IMG/VR virus record: IMGVR_UViG_3300044878_000218
Coordinates: 1 to 64,000 of that record
Reading direction: 5' to 3' (one strand)
DNA from: a virus
Taxonomy: Duplodnaviria > Caudoviricetes
DNA: 64,000 nucleotides
Shown here: positions 27,739-37,037 of the stretch, in pieces
How positions within the stretch are numbered: position 1 is the first letter of the stretch
How the letters are laid out: every line of letters starts with the position of its first letter
Notes under the pieces: generated by a model
Seen by the model: only the letters and a program-made list of their open reading frames with translations
What the model was told of the DNA's origin: nothing
Database searches by the model: none
Position numbers and translations under genes: made by a program

Positions 27739-28113
27739 TTGAGTGGTTGGGGACTGCTGGTAAGGAACAGGGATGGCGTCAACAATCTCAACCCGGACAG
27801 TTTTACTGTCCGGTTGGTTGAGACTGTGTGGCTCTACGCCGGCTATCTGCGGTCAGACAGCGTGATCGACATCCCGACCAGCACCAACGTGCTGTACGGG
27901 ATGTTTGCGACCGTCACTGTCCACGATAACTATTACGTCTATGGCTACCCGAACTGGCAGAGCTACAACGGCAACAGCATCTACCCGGAGGTTTACCCGA
28001 TGGCGGTGCCGATCGTTGAGGTCTACAACGGCTTCGTTCGGGTCAAGGGGCAGCCGGTCTACGAGTCCTACTCCCACGGGTACGTGGTGATCAGCATCAT
28101 GAGCTACATCTAG
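27739..28113 (+). CDS. putative tail tip accessory protein
   Basis: TTG start with AAGGA RBS after J; aromatic-rich. Confidence 0.6.
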   Translation: MSGWGLLVRNRDGVNNLNPDSFTVRLVETVWLYAGYLRSDSVIDIPTSTNVLYGMFATVTVHDNYYVYGYPNWQSYNGNSIYPEVYPMAVPIVEVYNGFVRVKGQPVYESYSHGYVVISIMSYI

Positions 28114-28120
28114 GGGACTT

Positions 28121-28945
28121 ATGTCATACGGATTTTTCGCTAAGGGAAATAGCGGGCAGCTCTTGTTGAGTGAGAAGTCGACAATTCTCACGCAGGCCTT
28201 CAAGGGAGACATCGTGGTCAACGTCGACATGGGCGGGCTGTCCTACGGCTATGCCACCGTGACCTACTCGCAGGCCATCACCTCGGACGAACCACCGTTC
28301 GTGTTTGCGGTGCCCACCCCCAACAGTCAGCCGTGCGGCCTTGGGTACTTCATGCACCTGGGCGGTGCCGGTGGCTGGACCGGGTTCACGGTGCTGGTGA
28401 CCAAGCACATCTTCGCGTGGGACAACTCGCCGATGTACGCCGGCTACAACACCGGCTGGCAGTACCGCGTCTGCGCCTTCGGCATGGCAGGCGACTACGG
28501 CTACGCCGACTACGGGCTGCGGATCATGAACGAATACTGGGACGTCACCTACGACAGTGCCTGGCCTGCCGTGAAGTTCCGCGGCCTGATGTCGGCCTGG
28601 GTGCCGCAGTCGTTCACCAGCTACGCCGTCGAGCACTACTGGGGCTACCGTGAGCTGTTCTACGCTGACCCGGATAACGTGTTGGGTCGAGGTACACACA
28701 CGTGGGGCTACGCGGATCTGACGCATGGCTTTATGCTGTCAGGGGTTTGCGGCGGTGTGCCTTCACGGATGGACATGGGCCGGTTTGAAAAGAACGTCCA
28801 GGCTATCGTCACCATGGGCTTTCCCGACGGTAACCGGGCCAACATTTGGGCCACCGCGTTCTTTGGCTCAGGGCAGCACCCGGGTTCCGACCTGACCGCA
28901 ATGAGAAACTGGAATCTCCTCACCGCTGACATCTCTGGCGCGTGA
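28121..28945 (+). CDS. putative tail tip/receptor-binding accessory protein
   Basis: MSYGF and YGLRI...YDS repeats typical of post-J genes. Confidence 0.65.
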   Translation: MSYGFFAKGNSGQLLLSEKSTILTQAFKGDIVVNVDMGGLSYGYATVTYSQAITSDEPPFVFAVPTPNSQPCGLGYFMHLGGAGGWTGFTVLVTKHIFAWDNSPMYAGYNTGWQYRVCAFGMAGDYGYADYGLRIMNEYWDVTYDSAWPAVKFRGLMSAWVPQSFTSYAVEHYWGYRELFYADPDNVLGRGTHTWGYADLTHGFMLSGVCGGVPSRMDMGRFEKNVQAIVTMGFPDGNRANIWATAFFGSGQHPGSDLTAMRNWNLLTADISGA

Positions 28946-28967
28946 TCAACCACAAGGATGAAGGATC

Positions 28968-29675
28968 ATGGCAGCAGCCGATAACTATCCACAGTTTAAC
29001 GCAGCGGTGGCCGAGCTTACGCTCAAGGTCCAGGCGCTGATCAGCGACGTCACCGACGCCCACGCCACCCTTGGCCCTGAAGTGGCTGAAGCTCTGGCCA
29101 AGCTGGAAGCAGCGACCGACATCCTCGCGGATGCGACCCAGGCCGCGACTGACGCGCAGACGGCTGCCCAGTCGGTGCTGACCTTCAAGACCGAGTTCGA
29201 CGCGGCGATGATCACCATCGGCACGCTGACCACCAACGTCGGCACCTTGACCACCCAGGTCGATGCAGCCATGGCCTTGATGGTCACCACGCAGACGGCG
29301 CTGGAGGCTGCACTGGATCAGATCGGCGACATCGCCGACAACCTGGCCAACGTGGTGAAGGTCAACCCGGCCGGCATCACCCTGCCCGCCCACGGCACGC
29401 AGACCATCAACACCGGCCGGATCTTCGGCAACGGCGGCATCCTGCTGCTCGGCGTGTACTGCACCACCTCGACCCCGTCGCAGATGTACGACATGCAGAT
29501 CTACGTCGGCACCACGCTGATCTACGACGCGCGCGGCATCCTCGGCGAGCAGAAGGACACCTTCTCGAACTTCGCCATGGCCAGCGGTGAGGTGAAGATC
29601 GCCCTGACCAACAACGGCAGCGGTCCCGCCACCCTGACCCCAACCGCAATGTTCACGGAGCTGGCCATAGTATGA
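28968..29675 (+). CDS. putative fibre adaptor (coiled coil plus beta domain)
   Basis: Long Ala/Thr heptad N-terminus; coupled to the next gene. Confidence 0.55.
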   Translation: MAAADNYPQFNAAVAELTLKVQALISDVTDAHATLGPEVAEALAKLEAATDILADATQAATDAQTAAQSVLTFKTEFDAAMITIGTLTTNVGTLTTQVDAAMALMVTTQTALEAALDQIGDIADNLANVVKVNPAGITLPAHGTQTINTGRIFGNGGILLLGVYCTTSTPSQMYDMQIYVGTTLIYDARGILGEQKDTFSNFAMASGEVKIALTNNGSGPATLTPTAMFTELAIV

Positions 29676-32600
29676 CTATCAACACAAGCCTCAGCTCCAG
29701 CTACATCCACCTCGGCACGGACGTCGTGATCGAGGGCCAGAACACCAAGGAAGTGCGCGCGGAATGGCTGCCCAGCAGCAACTTCGCGCTGTACGACAAG
29801 TTCTTCTACGACGGCTTCAACCAGGTGGGCGGCTGGGTGATCGACGCCGGTGACGGCGCGGCACCTTTCGAAACCCGCGAGAAGCGGGCCTTCTGCACCA
29901 CCGGCAAGGCCTCGATCACGTTCAGTGGCACCAGTGTCTCGGTGCGCGCCTCGCTGAACCCGGGCTGGGGCGTGGCCTACGTGCGGATCGACGGCAAGCT
30001 GCCCTCGACCATCGCCGGCCTGGCCAAGTTCAAGGACATCGTCTCGTCCAACTCGGACGACTTCGCTGCGTTCGGTAACGAGTTCCGAGATCAGGTGGTG
30101 GCCGACGGCTTGGCGCCTGGCACGCACACGCTGGAGCTGTTCTGCTACACCAACAGCCCGACCGAGTTCTTCATCTTCTCCGGCATCAAGGTCTACTCCT
30201 ACGCGCGCAAGGACATCGACATCGACGCCTACGCGCTGAAGACCAGCGAGCGCGTGCAGAAGACCCAGCTGAAGCTGTGGACTCAGGGCGTGTCGGCGGA
30301 GAACGTGGTGCTCAACTTCGACCCGAAGCTGCTGCACCCGGTGACGCAGACCTCGCTCGGCAACGTGCTGATCGGCTCGCTGAACAACACGCAGAACTTT
30401 GAGCTGGCCTTCGCCCCCAACCTACTGGGGACCGAACCGTCGGGCATCCTCTCGCTGCCGGTGGTGATGACAGCCAACGTCGGGGACCCGGACGGTGCCA
30501 ACGTCGGCGAGGTGGCAGCGGACCTGCTGCACACCTCCGACCTGATCACCTACACCAGCGCCAACTGGTGGGAAGACCCTCAGAATGGTCAGCTGCTGGC
30601 GATGCACGCCACCGCGAGCAACCAGGCCTGGTTGTCCTTCGACCACGGCGGCGATCTGCTGAAGGTCTTGGGCTACGTCGACTTCGGCGCAGCGACGGTG
30701 CGCGTGCTGAAGAACGCCGTGGAACGCAACCTGACGTCGTGGCTGGTGGGCCAGACCACCATCACCATCGCTTCCACAGCCGGCATCACCGTCGGCATGA
30801 TGGCGATCGGTCGTGGCATCCCGAACAACACCACCGTCACCACCGTCAACGCGGGCAGCGTGGAGCTGTCGGCTGCCACCACCATCAAGGTCACCAACGG
30901 CGCCATCGCCTTTGGCTCGCTGCACGGCACCATGGACTTCAACGAGAACAACGAAGCCCTGCAGGGCACCTCGCAGATCCGCCAGATCGCAGGCTTTGGT
31001 GCCACCTACAAAGGCAAGGTGGTGATGCAGGCCACAGCCAACAACAAGACCTGGGGTGTGAACACAATCTACACCAGGCGCACCTACACCTACACCATCG
31101 TCACCGAGACGCTGAACGTGCGCTTCAACGTGAAGCAGGTCGGCCACACGCCGATCGCAGGGACGAAGCTGGACGCCGGGCGGATCGCGTACATCGACCC
31201 GAACCGGAACATTTACACGCCAGGCACCAACCCGCCCATCGACAACCGCGGCATCTCTTCGGTCAGCATCGAGTACCGCTTCCCGACGTTCATCTGCTGC
31301 TACACCGCGGGGAACAAGGAGCTGTTCAAGCAGTACGACGTGGTGATCACCGACCCGATGGCGCTGAGCCGCAAGGAAGTGAAAGAGCTGCAGGACCTGG
31401 GCATTCAGGTGATCAACTACGTCTCCTTCGGAGAGGAAGACGGGATCATCCAGAACATTTGGGACAACACCTCGCCACAGGGTCCGCACACCGGTGACGG
31501 CACCGGGCCTGGCGGAACCGCCGGCTACTACATGAAGGGCGGCTACAACTACGGTGAGTTCTCGGAATGCAACAACGATCGGCAGCGGATGGAAGGGGTG
31601 AAGGCCTGCGCGGTCAACAACGCCCACTACTACGCCGGTGCCGGACGCTGCGGCAAGGCCTGCGACAAAGACTGGCGCACCGGCTACGAGGAGTTCCAGC
31701 AGGGTGGTGCCTGCGGCGGTGGCTACACCAACGCCAACAACTGGCAGCGTGACGCTTCGACCGCCTGCTCCAATGCAAGCTGCCCGAAGTACACGCCGAT
31801 GAACACCAAGTGCCCGCAGTACCAGCAGGCTGAGAACGTGTGGGGTCAGGACTTCTCGATGGTCGAGACCAACACCCCGGACGAGAACGGCATTTGGGAC
31901 TCGTTCTACGTCGACGCGGTGAAGCGTGGGCCTGGCAGCTGGTTCGAACGCCTGCAGACCTACTACCTGCCTCTGGTGTTTGACCTGCCGACGCCTTACA
32001 CCGAGACCCTGACCGTGGCGCAGCACGCGCTGACCGATGCCTCGCTGATCTACGGCGTGCTGATGACCCACGCACCGATCGACGATCAGGAACCGTTCAG
32101 CGTGAAGGACGTGGCCACGGGTCGGTTCTACACCGCTGGCCTGCACTTCTCCTATGACGCCAAGATCGGCACGATCATCATCGCCTTCAACACCGGTGAG
32201 CTGGCGCCAGAAGATCCGCCGAACCCAAGTGTGGGCCAGCAGATCGAGGTGAAGTATTCCAAGCGTGGCCTGGGTTCTGACGGCGTGTTCATGGACACCG
32301 TCGACACCGTGGACATCTACCCGCGAGAGGACTACCAGCAAGGGGCAGCTGACCTGATCAACGACCTCAAGCTGCTGTGGCCAGACCGTGCGTTCTGCAG
32401 CAACCGGGGCTTCTCGATCTACGACAAGATGATCCACAGCTGCACCTGGATCATGACCGAGTCGGTGTTCAGCGACTACGACTTCAGCGCCGGCACCTAC
32501 CAGCTGGTCGACGGGGACGCGGTGGCCTGGAACGAAGAGGTAGCAGCGATGATTCAAGGGCTGCGAGAGAAGCACGTCTTCGACGTGGTCTGCCTGAACT

Positions 32601-32788
32601 ACGCACCGAACGGGCCAGAGGGTGACGCGATCCGCGCCGAAGTGACGGAGAAGTGCCTGAAGCTGGGCTGGCTGCCATGGCTGTCGACCATCTTGCTGAA
32701 CGATCCGCTGCCCAACCGCCCGTACAACACCGGCAAGGGCTACATCCGCACCAACAACTGGAGGAAGATCAATGTCCGCAATCTATGA
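29672..32788 (+). CDS. tail-associated depolymerase with split PelA-like (GH166/GH114) TIM barrel
   Basis: YDVVITDP, INYVSFGEE, DGVFMDTVD, NRGF, TESVF and CLNY motifs in PelA order; N-terminal beta-sandwich domains. Confidence 0.8.
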   Translation: MTINTSLSSSYIHLGTDVVIEGQNTKEVRAEWLPSSNFALYDKFFYDGFNQVGGWVIDAGDGAAPFETREKRAFCTTGKASITFSGTSVSVRASLNPGWGVAYVRIDGKLPSTIAGLAKFKDIVSSNSDDFAAFGNEFRDQVVADGLAPGTHTLELFCYTNSPTEFFIFSGIKVYSYARKDIDIDAYALKTSERVQKTQLKLWTQGVSAENVVLNFDPKLLHPVTQTSLGNVLIGSLNNTQNFELAFAPNLLGTEPSGILSLPVVMTANVGDPDGANVGEVAADLLHTSDLITYTSANWWEDPQNGQLLAMHATASNQAWLSFDHGGDLLKVLGYVDFGAATVRVLKNAVERNLTSWLVGQTTITIASTAGITVGMMAIGRGIPNNTTVTTVNAGSVELSAATTIKVTNGAIAFGSLHGTMDFNENNEALQGTSQIRQIAGFGATYKGKVVMQATANNKTWGVNTIYTRRTYTYTIVTETLNVRFNVKQVGHTPIAGTKLDAGRIAYIDPNRNIYTPGTNPPIDNRGISSVSIEYRFPTFICCYTAGNKELFKQYDVVITDPMALSRKEVKELQDLGIQVINYVSFGEEDGIIQNIWDNTSPQGPHTGDGTGPGGTAGYYMKGGYNYGEFSECNNDRQRMEGVKACAVNNAHYYAGAGRCGKACDKDWRTGYEEFQQGGACGGGYTNANNWQRDASTACSNASCPKYTPMNTKCPQYQQAENVWGQDFSMVETNTPDENGIWDSFYVDAVKRGPGSWFERLQTYYLPLVFDLPTPYTETLTVAQHALTDASLIYGVLMTHAPIDDQEPFSVKDVATGRFYTAGLHFSYDAKIGTIIIAFNTGELAPEDPPNPSVGQQIEVKYSKRGLGSDGVFMDTVDTVDIYPREDYQQGAADLINDLKLLWPDRAFCSNRGFSIYDKMIHSCTWIMTESVFSDYDFSAGTYQLVDGDAVAWNEEVAAMIQGLREKHVFDVVCLNYAPNGPEGDAIRAEVTEKCLKLGWLPWLSTILLNDPLPNRPYNTGKGYIRTNNWRKINVRNL

Positions 32789-33062
32789 TTTCAGCAACCC
32801 GTTCTTCCGCCGCATGCCGATCGTGGCGATCGCGCGCGCCACTACGCAGCGTAATGGCGAGACCTTCACCACGCCGGATACTGAGTGCATTCGAGTCTTT
32901 GTCAGGCTGGATAACAACCGGGTGTTTCCAGCTCCCCTAGGGGAGCCGGAGATCATGCCAACCGGCAAGGCGATGGACATGCTGTTCGGCTTCGACAACC
33001 TCAAAGAGTTCAACCCCGAGGAAATCAACGCCAAGCACGACGCTAACCCTAGACCGGGTTAG
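32772..33062 (+). CDS. hypothetical protein (possible chaperone of the preceding protein)
   Basis: GGAGG RBS; overlaps the depolymerase stop. Confidence 0.6.
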   Translation: MSAIYDFSNPFFRRMPIVAIARATTQRNGETFTTPDTECIRVFVRLDNNRVFPAPLGEPEIMPTGKAMDMLFGFDNLKEFNPEEINAKHDANPRPG

Positions 33063-33507
33063 GAGGGTTAGGGAGGCCAGGCACCTCCGGTGCGTGCTCG
33101 GCAGTGGCCTTGGTCATGTCGATAAAGCGCGCACCGTGCACCTGGGTCAGGATGCCGTCGGCGATGATGTCGCCATGCTTGACCTGCACAATCGACTTAC
33201 CTTCGTTGACCACCTCTATCAGGATCTCGTCCCGGTAGGTGGTGTCCAGCAGAGCCACCCGGGTGCCGAGGCTGTTCATCTTGGTCAAGTCCTGCGCTGC
33301 ACGCGGGTAGACCTCAATGATCCAGCTGTTGGGGATCATCAGGGTAATGCCGGTGCGGACCAGCATCTTTCCACCAGGTCCGATGAATTCGCCCTCGGGG
33401 TTCTCCACCAAGGCAGCGAACTGGAAACACGCCGTGCCGGCCATGTTGTCGGTGGGGAAGATGGCGTCGGGATGCACTCGATCCGTCTGCATTGCAACAA
33501 TAGCCAT
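33049..33507 (-). CDS. degenerate dUTPase-fold protein
   Basis: ATG at 33507 after AAGGA; LVRTGI, LDTTYRDEI, HGDIIA recognisable, catalytic motifs altered or absent. Confidence 0.8.
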   Translation of the reverse strand: MAIVAMQTDRVHPDAIFPTDNMAGTACFQFAALVENPEGEFIGPGGKMLVRTGITLMIPNSWIIEVYPRAAQDLTKMNSLGTRVALLDTTYRDEILIEVVNEGKSIVQVKHGDIIADGILTQVHGARFIDMTKATAEHAPEVPGLPNPPNPV

Positions 33508-33639
33508 GTGGTAGTCCTTGTCAGTTTTGAGCGACAATGATGGCGTGGCAAGGACCGCCGCACAAGGTCCACAGCTTGTCGTTGTGAAGGTCATGGCAAA
33601 CCGCTATCCTTCCGCCACGTTATAGGGAAATAACCGCTG

Positions 33640-34035
33640 ATGACTACTGATCCAGCTTCGAGAACAGGGTGGCTGACGATCTGCGCAGCCTACGTGTGGG
33701 CCGTGATCGAACAGCTACATCCCGGCTCAGCGATGGGGGCGTCCTTCGGCTGTGTTTTCTTCGTTCTACTACCGGACCCGGTAGTTGCCTCGTTCTTCTC
33801 AAAACTTCTTCGTAAAATGGGACTCACAGTGGTGTCCTGGGGGTTCGGCTACGCTGTCGGAATCGCTTTCTCCAACGGCAGCTCGATGTTGGCAGCCATC
33901 ATTGGAGCCGCGGTTGCTTCCGGTGTGCTAGGCGCACTGAACCTGATGGTCAAGAACGACGGAGACCTGCCTCAGTGGCTGTCTTCTCTCATTAACGCAA
34001 TCCTACGGTTAAAGCGAGGCGGCGATGAGCAATGA
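33640..34035 (+). CDS. putative holin/antiholin
   Basis: Several hydrophobic segments; first gene of the lysis cassette. Confidence 0.7.
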   Translation: MTTDPASRTGWLTICAAYVWAVIEQLHPGSAMGASFGCVFFVLLPDPVVASFFSKLLRKMGLTVVSWGFGYAVGIAFSNGSSMLAAIIGAAVASGVLGALNLMVKNDGDLPQWLSSLINAILRLKRGGDEQ

Positions 34036-34342
34036 TCCTACCTACGGGGAAGTGCTTCTGAGCATCCGCATCGGTCTTCACTTGATCACGTTCATGTCCG
34101 TGATTTGCTACAGCAGTGAAAATCGTACACGTCTGTTCTCCAGTATCTTGGCGTTCTGCCTGGCCGGCTCCTCGCTGGCCTTGGCGACCCAAGGCTACTC
34201 AGACTTCCAGCGCATCGCAGCGCACTCCGAGATCTGGCTGGTGCTGTTCGTAGGCATCGTCACCCTTCTGGTTGTTGCCAACGGCGGCAACGTCGCAAAA
34301 GTTCTCCACAACACTCGAAAGAGGCTACCGTATGGACGCTAA
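34025..34342 (+). CDS. putative holin (3 TM)
   Basis: Three hydrophobic segments, GGNVA motif, basic C-terminus; precedes endolysin. Confidence 0.75.
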   Translation: MSNDPTYGEVLLSIRIGLHLITFMSVICYSSENRTRLFSSILAFCLAGSSLALATQGYSDFQRIAAHSEIWLVLFVGIVTLLVVANGGNVAKVLHNTRKRLPYGR

Positions 34343-34874
34343 AACTCTGGCTGCGGCTGCGGGTATCTCCTTGGCGCGCGCACAGAAGTGGGAAGGACCC
34401 ATCAACGAAGCACTGGCCTACGCCGACATCACCCTCGCCCGCTCCATCGCTTCCTTCATCGCGCAAACCGCGCATGAGAGCCTGGAGTTCACCTGCACCA
34501 AGGAAATGGGCAACGACAAGTACCTCAGCAAGTACGACACCGGCACCCTCGCTGCACGACTGGGCAACACCCCGGCTGCCGATGGTGATGGTCAGTTGTA
34601 CGCAGGCCGGGGCCTGATCCAGGTCACCGGCAAGACCAACTACAAGGCCTGCAGCCAGGCGCTGTTCGGCGACGACCGTCTGCTGGAACATCCCGAGCTG
34701 CTGGAGCAGCCACGATACGCCGCGCTGTCGGCTGCTTGGTTCTGGAAGAAGAACAAGCTCAACACGCTGTCCAACGACATCATGGCGCAGACCACCCGCA
34801 TCAACGGCGGGCTGAACGGGATCGAGGACCGCAAGCGCCGCATGAGCCTGGCGCTCAAGGTACTGGCTGCCTGA
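34332..34874 (+). CDS. endolysin, glycoside hydrolase family 19
   Basis: FIAQTAHES, GRGLIQVTGKTNY, SAAWFW, INGGLNG. Confidence 0.95.
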   Translation: MDAKTLAAAAGISLARAQKWEGPINEALAYADITLARSIASFIAQTAHESLEFTCTKEMGNDKYLSKYDTGTLAARLGNTPAADGDGQLYAGRGLIQVTGKTNYKACSQALFGDDRLLEHPELLEQPRYAALSAAWFWKKNKLNTLSNDIMAQTTRINGGLNGIEDRKRRMSLALKVLAA

Positions 34875-35404
34875 TGCCTACGGTCAGCCCTGCAGTAATA
34901 GTCCTTGCCCTTCTGGCCAGCTTTGCGGGTGGTATGGCCGCAGGCTGGAAGGAGCGGGACCTTCGGGCGGAACTGCAGCTGCTCGGGTTGCGCAACACCT
35001 TCGACGCTGCCACCCTTGCGGCCAACGCGCAGGCGCGCACCGTTGAACAGGATCTGCAGCGTCAGATCGACGATCTAGGGAAGGACAGCCGTGAAACGAA
35101 CCATCGGATTGATTCTGACGTTGTTGTTGCTGAGTCCAGCACTGACGGCTTGCTGCACGTCGCAGCCGGCACCTTTGCCGCCGCAACAAGTTGTGATCCC
35201 GGCGTTGCCCGCCGAGGCCAGGCAGCAACCAACGCCGCCTATTTGTACTCCCAGCTGCTTGAAGAAACTCAGCATGTGGCAAGGGGACTGGCAGCTGAAG
35301 CTGACCGAGCCCGTGCAGCTGGAGCCAGCTGCGAAGTAGCTTACGATTTAATCAGGGGAAGGTTGAACGGTCTTACGGGAGGGCCGGCTGTAACCGGTAG
35401 GTGA
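34874..35404 (+). CDS. Rz: i-spanin
   Basis: N-terminal TM segment (MPTVSPAVIVLALL), coiled coil, ADRARAAGASCEVAYD. Confidence 0.85.
   Translation: MPTVSPAVIVLALLASFAGGMAAGWKERDLRAELQLLGLRNTFDAATLAANAQARTVEQDLQRQIDDLGKDSRETNHRIDSDVVVAESSTDGLLHVAAGTFAAATSCDPGVARRGQAATNAAYLYSQLLEETQHVARGLAAEADRARAAGASCEVAYDLIRGRLNGLTGGPAVTGR
35091..35339 (+). CDS. Rz1: o-spanin embedded in Rz
   Basis: Lipobox LTAC, Pro-rich mature part, AAGGA RBS, alternative frame inside Rz. Confidence 0.85.
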   Translation: MKRTIGLILTLLLLSPALTACCTSQPAPLPPQQVVIPALPAEARQQPTPPICTPSCLKKLSMWQGDWQLKLTEPVQLEPAAK

Positions 35405-35455
35405 TGGGTGCTATATTGCGCCCAAGGACGCAAGGTTGTTTCACAGGGAGTGGGT

Positions 35456-35764
35456 ATGCAAGTCTATCGCGGCGATTCGTTCATGCTACCGCTGCAGGTC
35501 TTCGTTGACGGGCAGGCGCAGGATTGCACCGACTGGGAAGTCAAAGCATCCTACGGCACCCTCACGCAAGGCACCCTCGGAAACTTCCAGGTGGAGTGGC
35601 AAGACCGCGCCACTGGCTCCTTCTTCCTCAAGGCAAACACCAAGACCTGGCCACTGGGCAATCTTGAGTTCGACGTCACCTATGTGACCGACGTCGGCCA
35701 GGAAATCACGACCCAGCCGATCAAGTTCGAAGTGCTCAAGCGCTACACGCCGGTGGCGCCATGA
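35456..35764 (+). CDS. putative virion adaptor (BppU N-terminal-like)
   Basis: ATG at 35456 after GGGAG; YRGDSF...DCTDW pattern. Confidence 0.55.
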   Translation: MQVYRGDSFMLPLQVFVDGQAQDCTDWEVKASYGTLTQGTLGNFQVEWQDRATGSFFLKANTKTWPLGNLEFDVTYVTDVGQEITTQPIKFEVLKRYTPVAP

Positions 35765-36054
35765 TCCTCGCCACGCCCTCTCGCGTCGGCGTGATCACCA
35801 CCAAGATCACCGACCCGGTAAGCCAGCTGGTCATCACCGTTGAAGGGATGATGACCGCGACCCTACCTGCCTTGAAGATCGAGACGAAAGAAGTAGCGCT
35901 GCGTGGGCCACGGGGTCCAAGCGCTGTCGAAGCGCAGATCAGCGCCGACCCTGACAATCGCCTGAAGGAAGGCACCGACGGTGGGCTGTACGTCGCTGAC
36001 ACCTTCATTCCAGACCCACTTGCCTACTACCTGCTTGAACGAGGGATCATCTAA
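35761..36054 (+). CDS. putative virion structural protein
   Basis: RGPRGP and ISADPDNRLKEGTDGGLYV motifs seen in fibre-associated proteins. Confidence 0.6.
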   Translation: MILATPSRVGVITTKITDPVSQLVITVEGMMTATLPALKIETKEVALRGPRGPSAVEAQISADPDNRLKEGTDGGLYVADTFIPDPLAYYLLERGII

Positions 36055-36548
36055 TGTCTCAGGAACTGAAACTCATTGCCCTGGCCCAGGCCATGGGCGG
36101 CGACGTCAAGACGCTGACCAACCGCGTCGGCGACATGACGTCGCTGCAGACCACTGCCAAGGGCAACCTGGTGGCCGCGATCAACGAGCTGATGAGCCTG
36201 ATGGGTTCCTCCGGCGCCGTGATCGACGACAACGCCGGCGATGGCAACACAGCCGTCACCTGGTCGGCCAACAAGATCTTCGACACCATCGAGATGGCCA
36301 AGGCCGCGGTGAAGACCGACATCCTCGGTGGTGCCACCGCAGCTTACGACACGCTGAAAGAGCTGCAGGACCTGATCGTCAACGACGAAAGCATTGTCTC
36401 GGCACTGGCCACCAAGGTCGGTGAGAAGGTCAGCTTCGCCGAAGTGCAGACCCTGACCACCGGACAACGGCTGCAGGCCTGCACCAACATCGGCATTGGT
36501 GACCCTGAAGCAGATCTGGTCGCCGCCTACACCGCTGCCAAGGCCTAA
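36054..36548 (+). CDS. putative fibre protein
   Basis: LQTTAKGNLVAAINEL, TWSANKI, AYDTLKEL, QACTNIG motifs. Confidence 0.7.
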   Translation: MSQELKLIALAQAMGGDVKTLTNRVGDMTSLQTTAKGNLVAAINELMSLMGSSGAVIDDNAGDGNTAVTWSANKIFDTIEMAKAAVKTDILGGATAAYDTLKELQDLIVNDESIVSALATKVGEKVSFAEVQTLTTGQRLQACTNIGIGDPEADLVAAYTAAKA

Positions 36549-36551
36549 TCT

Positions 36552-37037
36552 ATGAGCCTGAAGACTCGGCTGGATGCGCTGATCACAGCGATCGGCGCCG
36601 ACATCAAGGCGCTGACCACAGGCAAGGTCGCGGTGGTGGCAGGCAAAGGCCTGAGCACCAACGACTACACCACCTCTGAGCAATCCAAGCTCAGCGGCTT
36701 GTCGCTGCCTGGCTTCGACAAGGAAACCGTCAACGCCTCGGCCGGGGGCGCGGTATCGCTGCAGGTGTCGTCGGCAACGGTCTTCGAGTACACGCTGACC
36801 AGCAACCTGACGCTGTCCTTCACCAGCTTGCCGTCGCTGACCGGCCAGTCCTACAGCTTTGTGATCCGCCTGATCACCGGTGCCACCAAGTTCACCGTGA
36901 CTTGGCCAGGCGCGACGATCCAGTGGATCAACACCGGCGGCGCAGCTGGTGAGACGGCTGCCGTCGGCAAGATGGTGGAGTTCGTCTTCACCTACAAGGG
37001 CAGCAACACCTACATCGCGCGCCGGGTGACCCAGTGA
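36552..37037 (+). CDS. putative fibre protein
   Basis: GKGLSTNDYTTSEQSKLSGL fibre motif; N-terminus paralogous to the previous gene. Confidence 0.7.
   Translation: MSLKTRLDALITAIGADIKALTTGKVAVVAGKGLSTNDYTTSEQSKLSGLSLPGFDKETVNASAGGAVSLQVSSATVFEYTLTSNLTLSFTSLPSLTGQSYSFVIRLITGATKFTVTWPGATIQWINTGGAAGETAAVGKMVEFVFTYKGSNTYIARRVTQ

Noticed and set aside
35091-35339. Overprinted gene within Rz as a novelty
   Set aside because: Standard embedded Rz/Rz1 spanin arrangement
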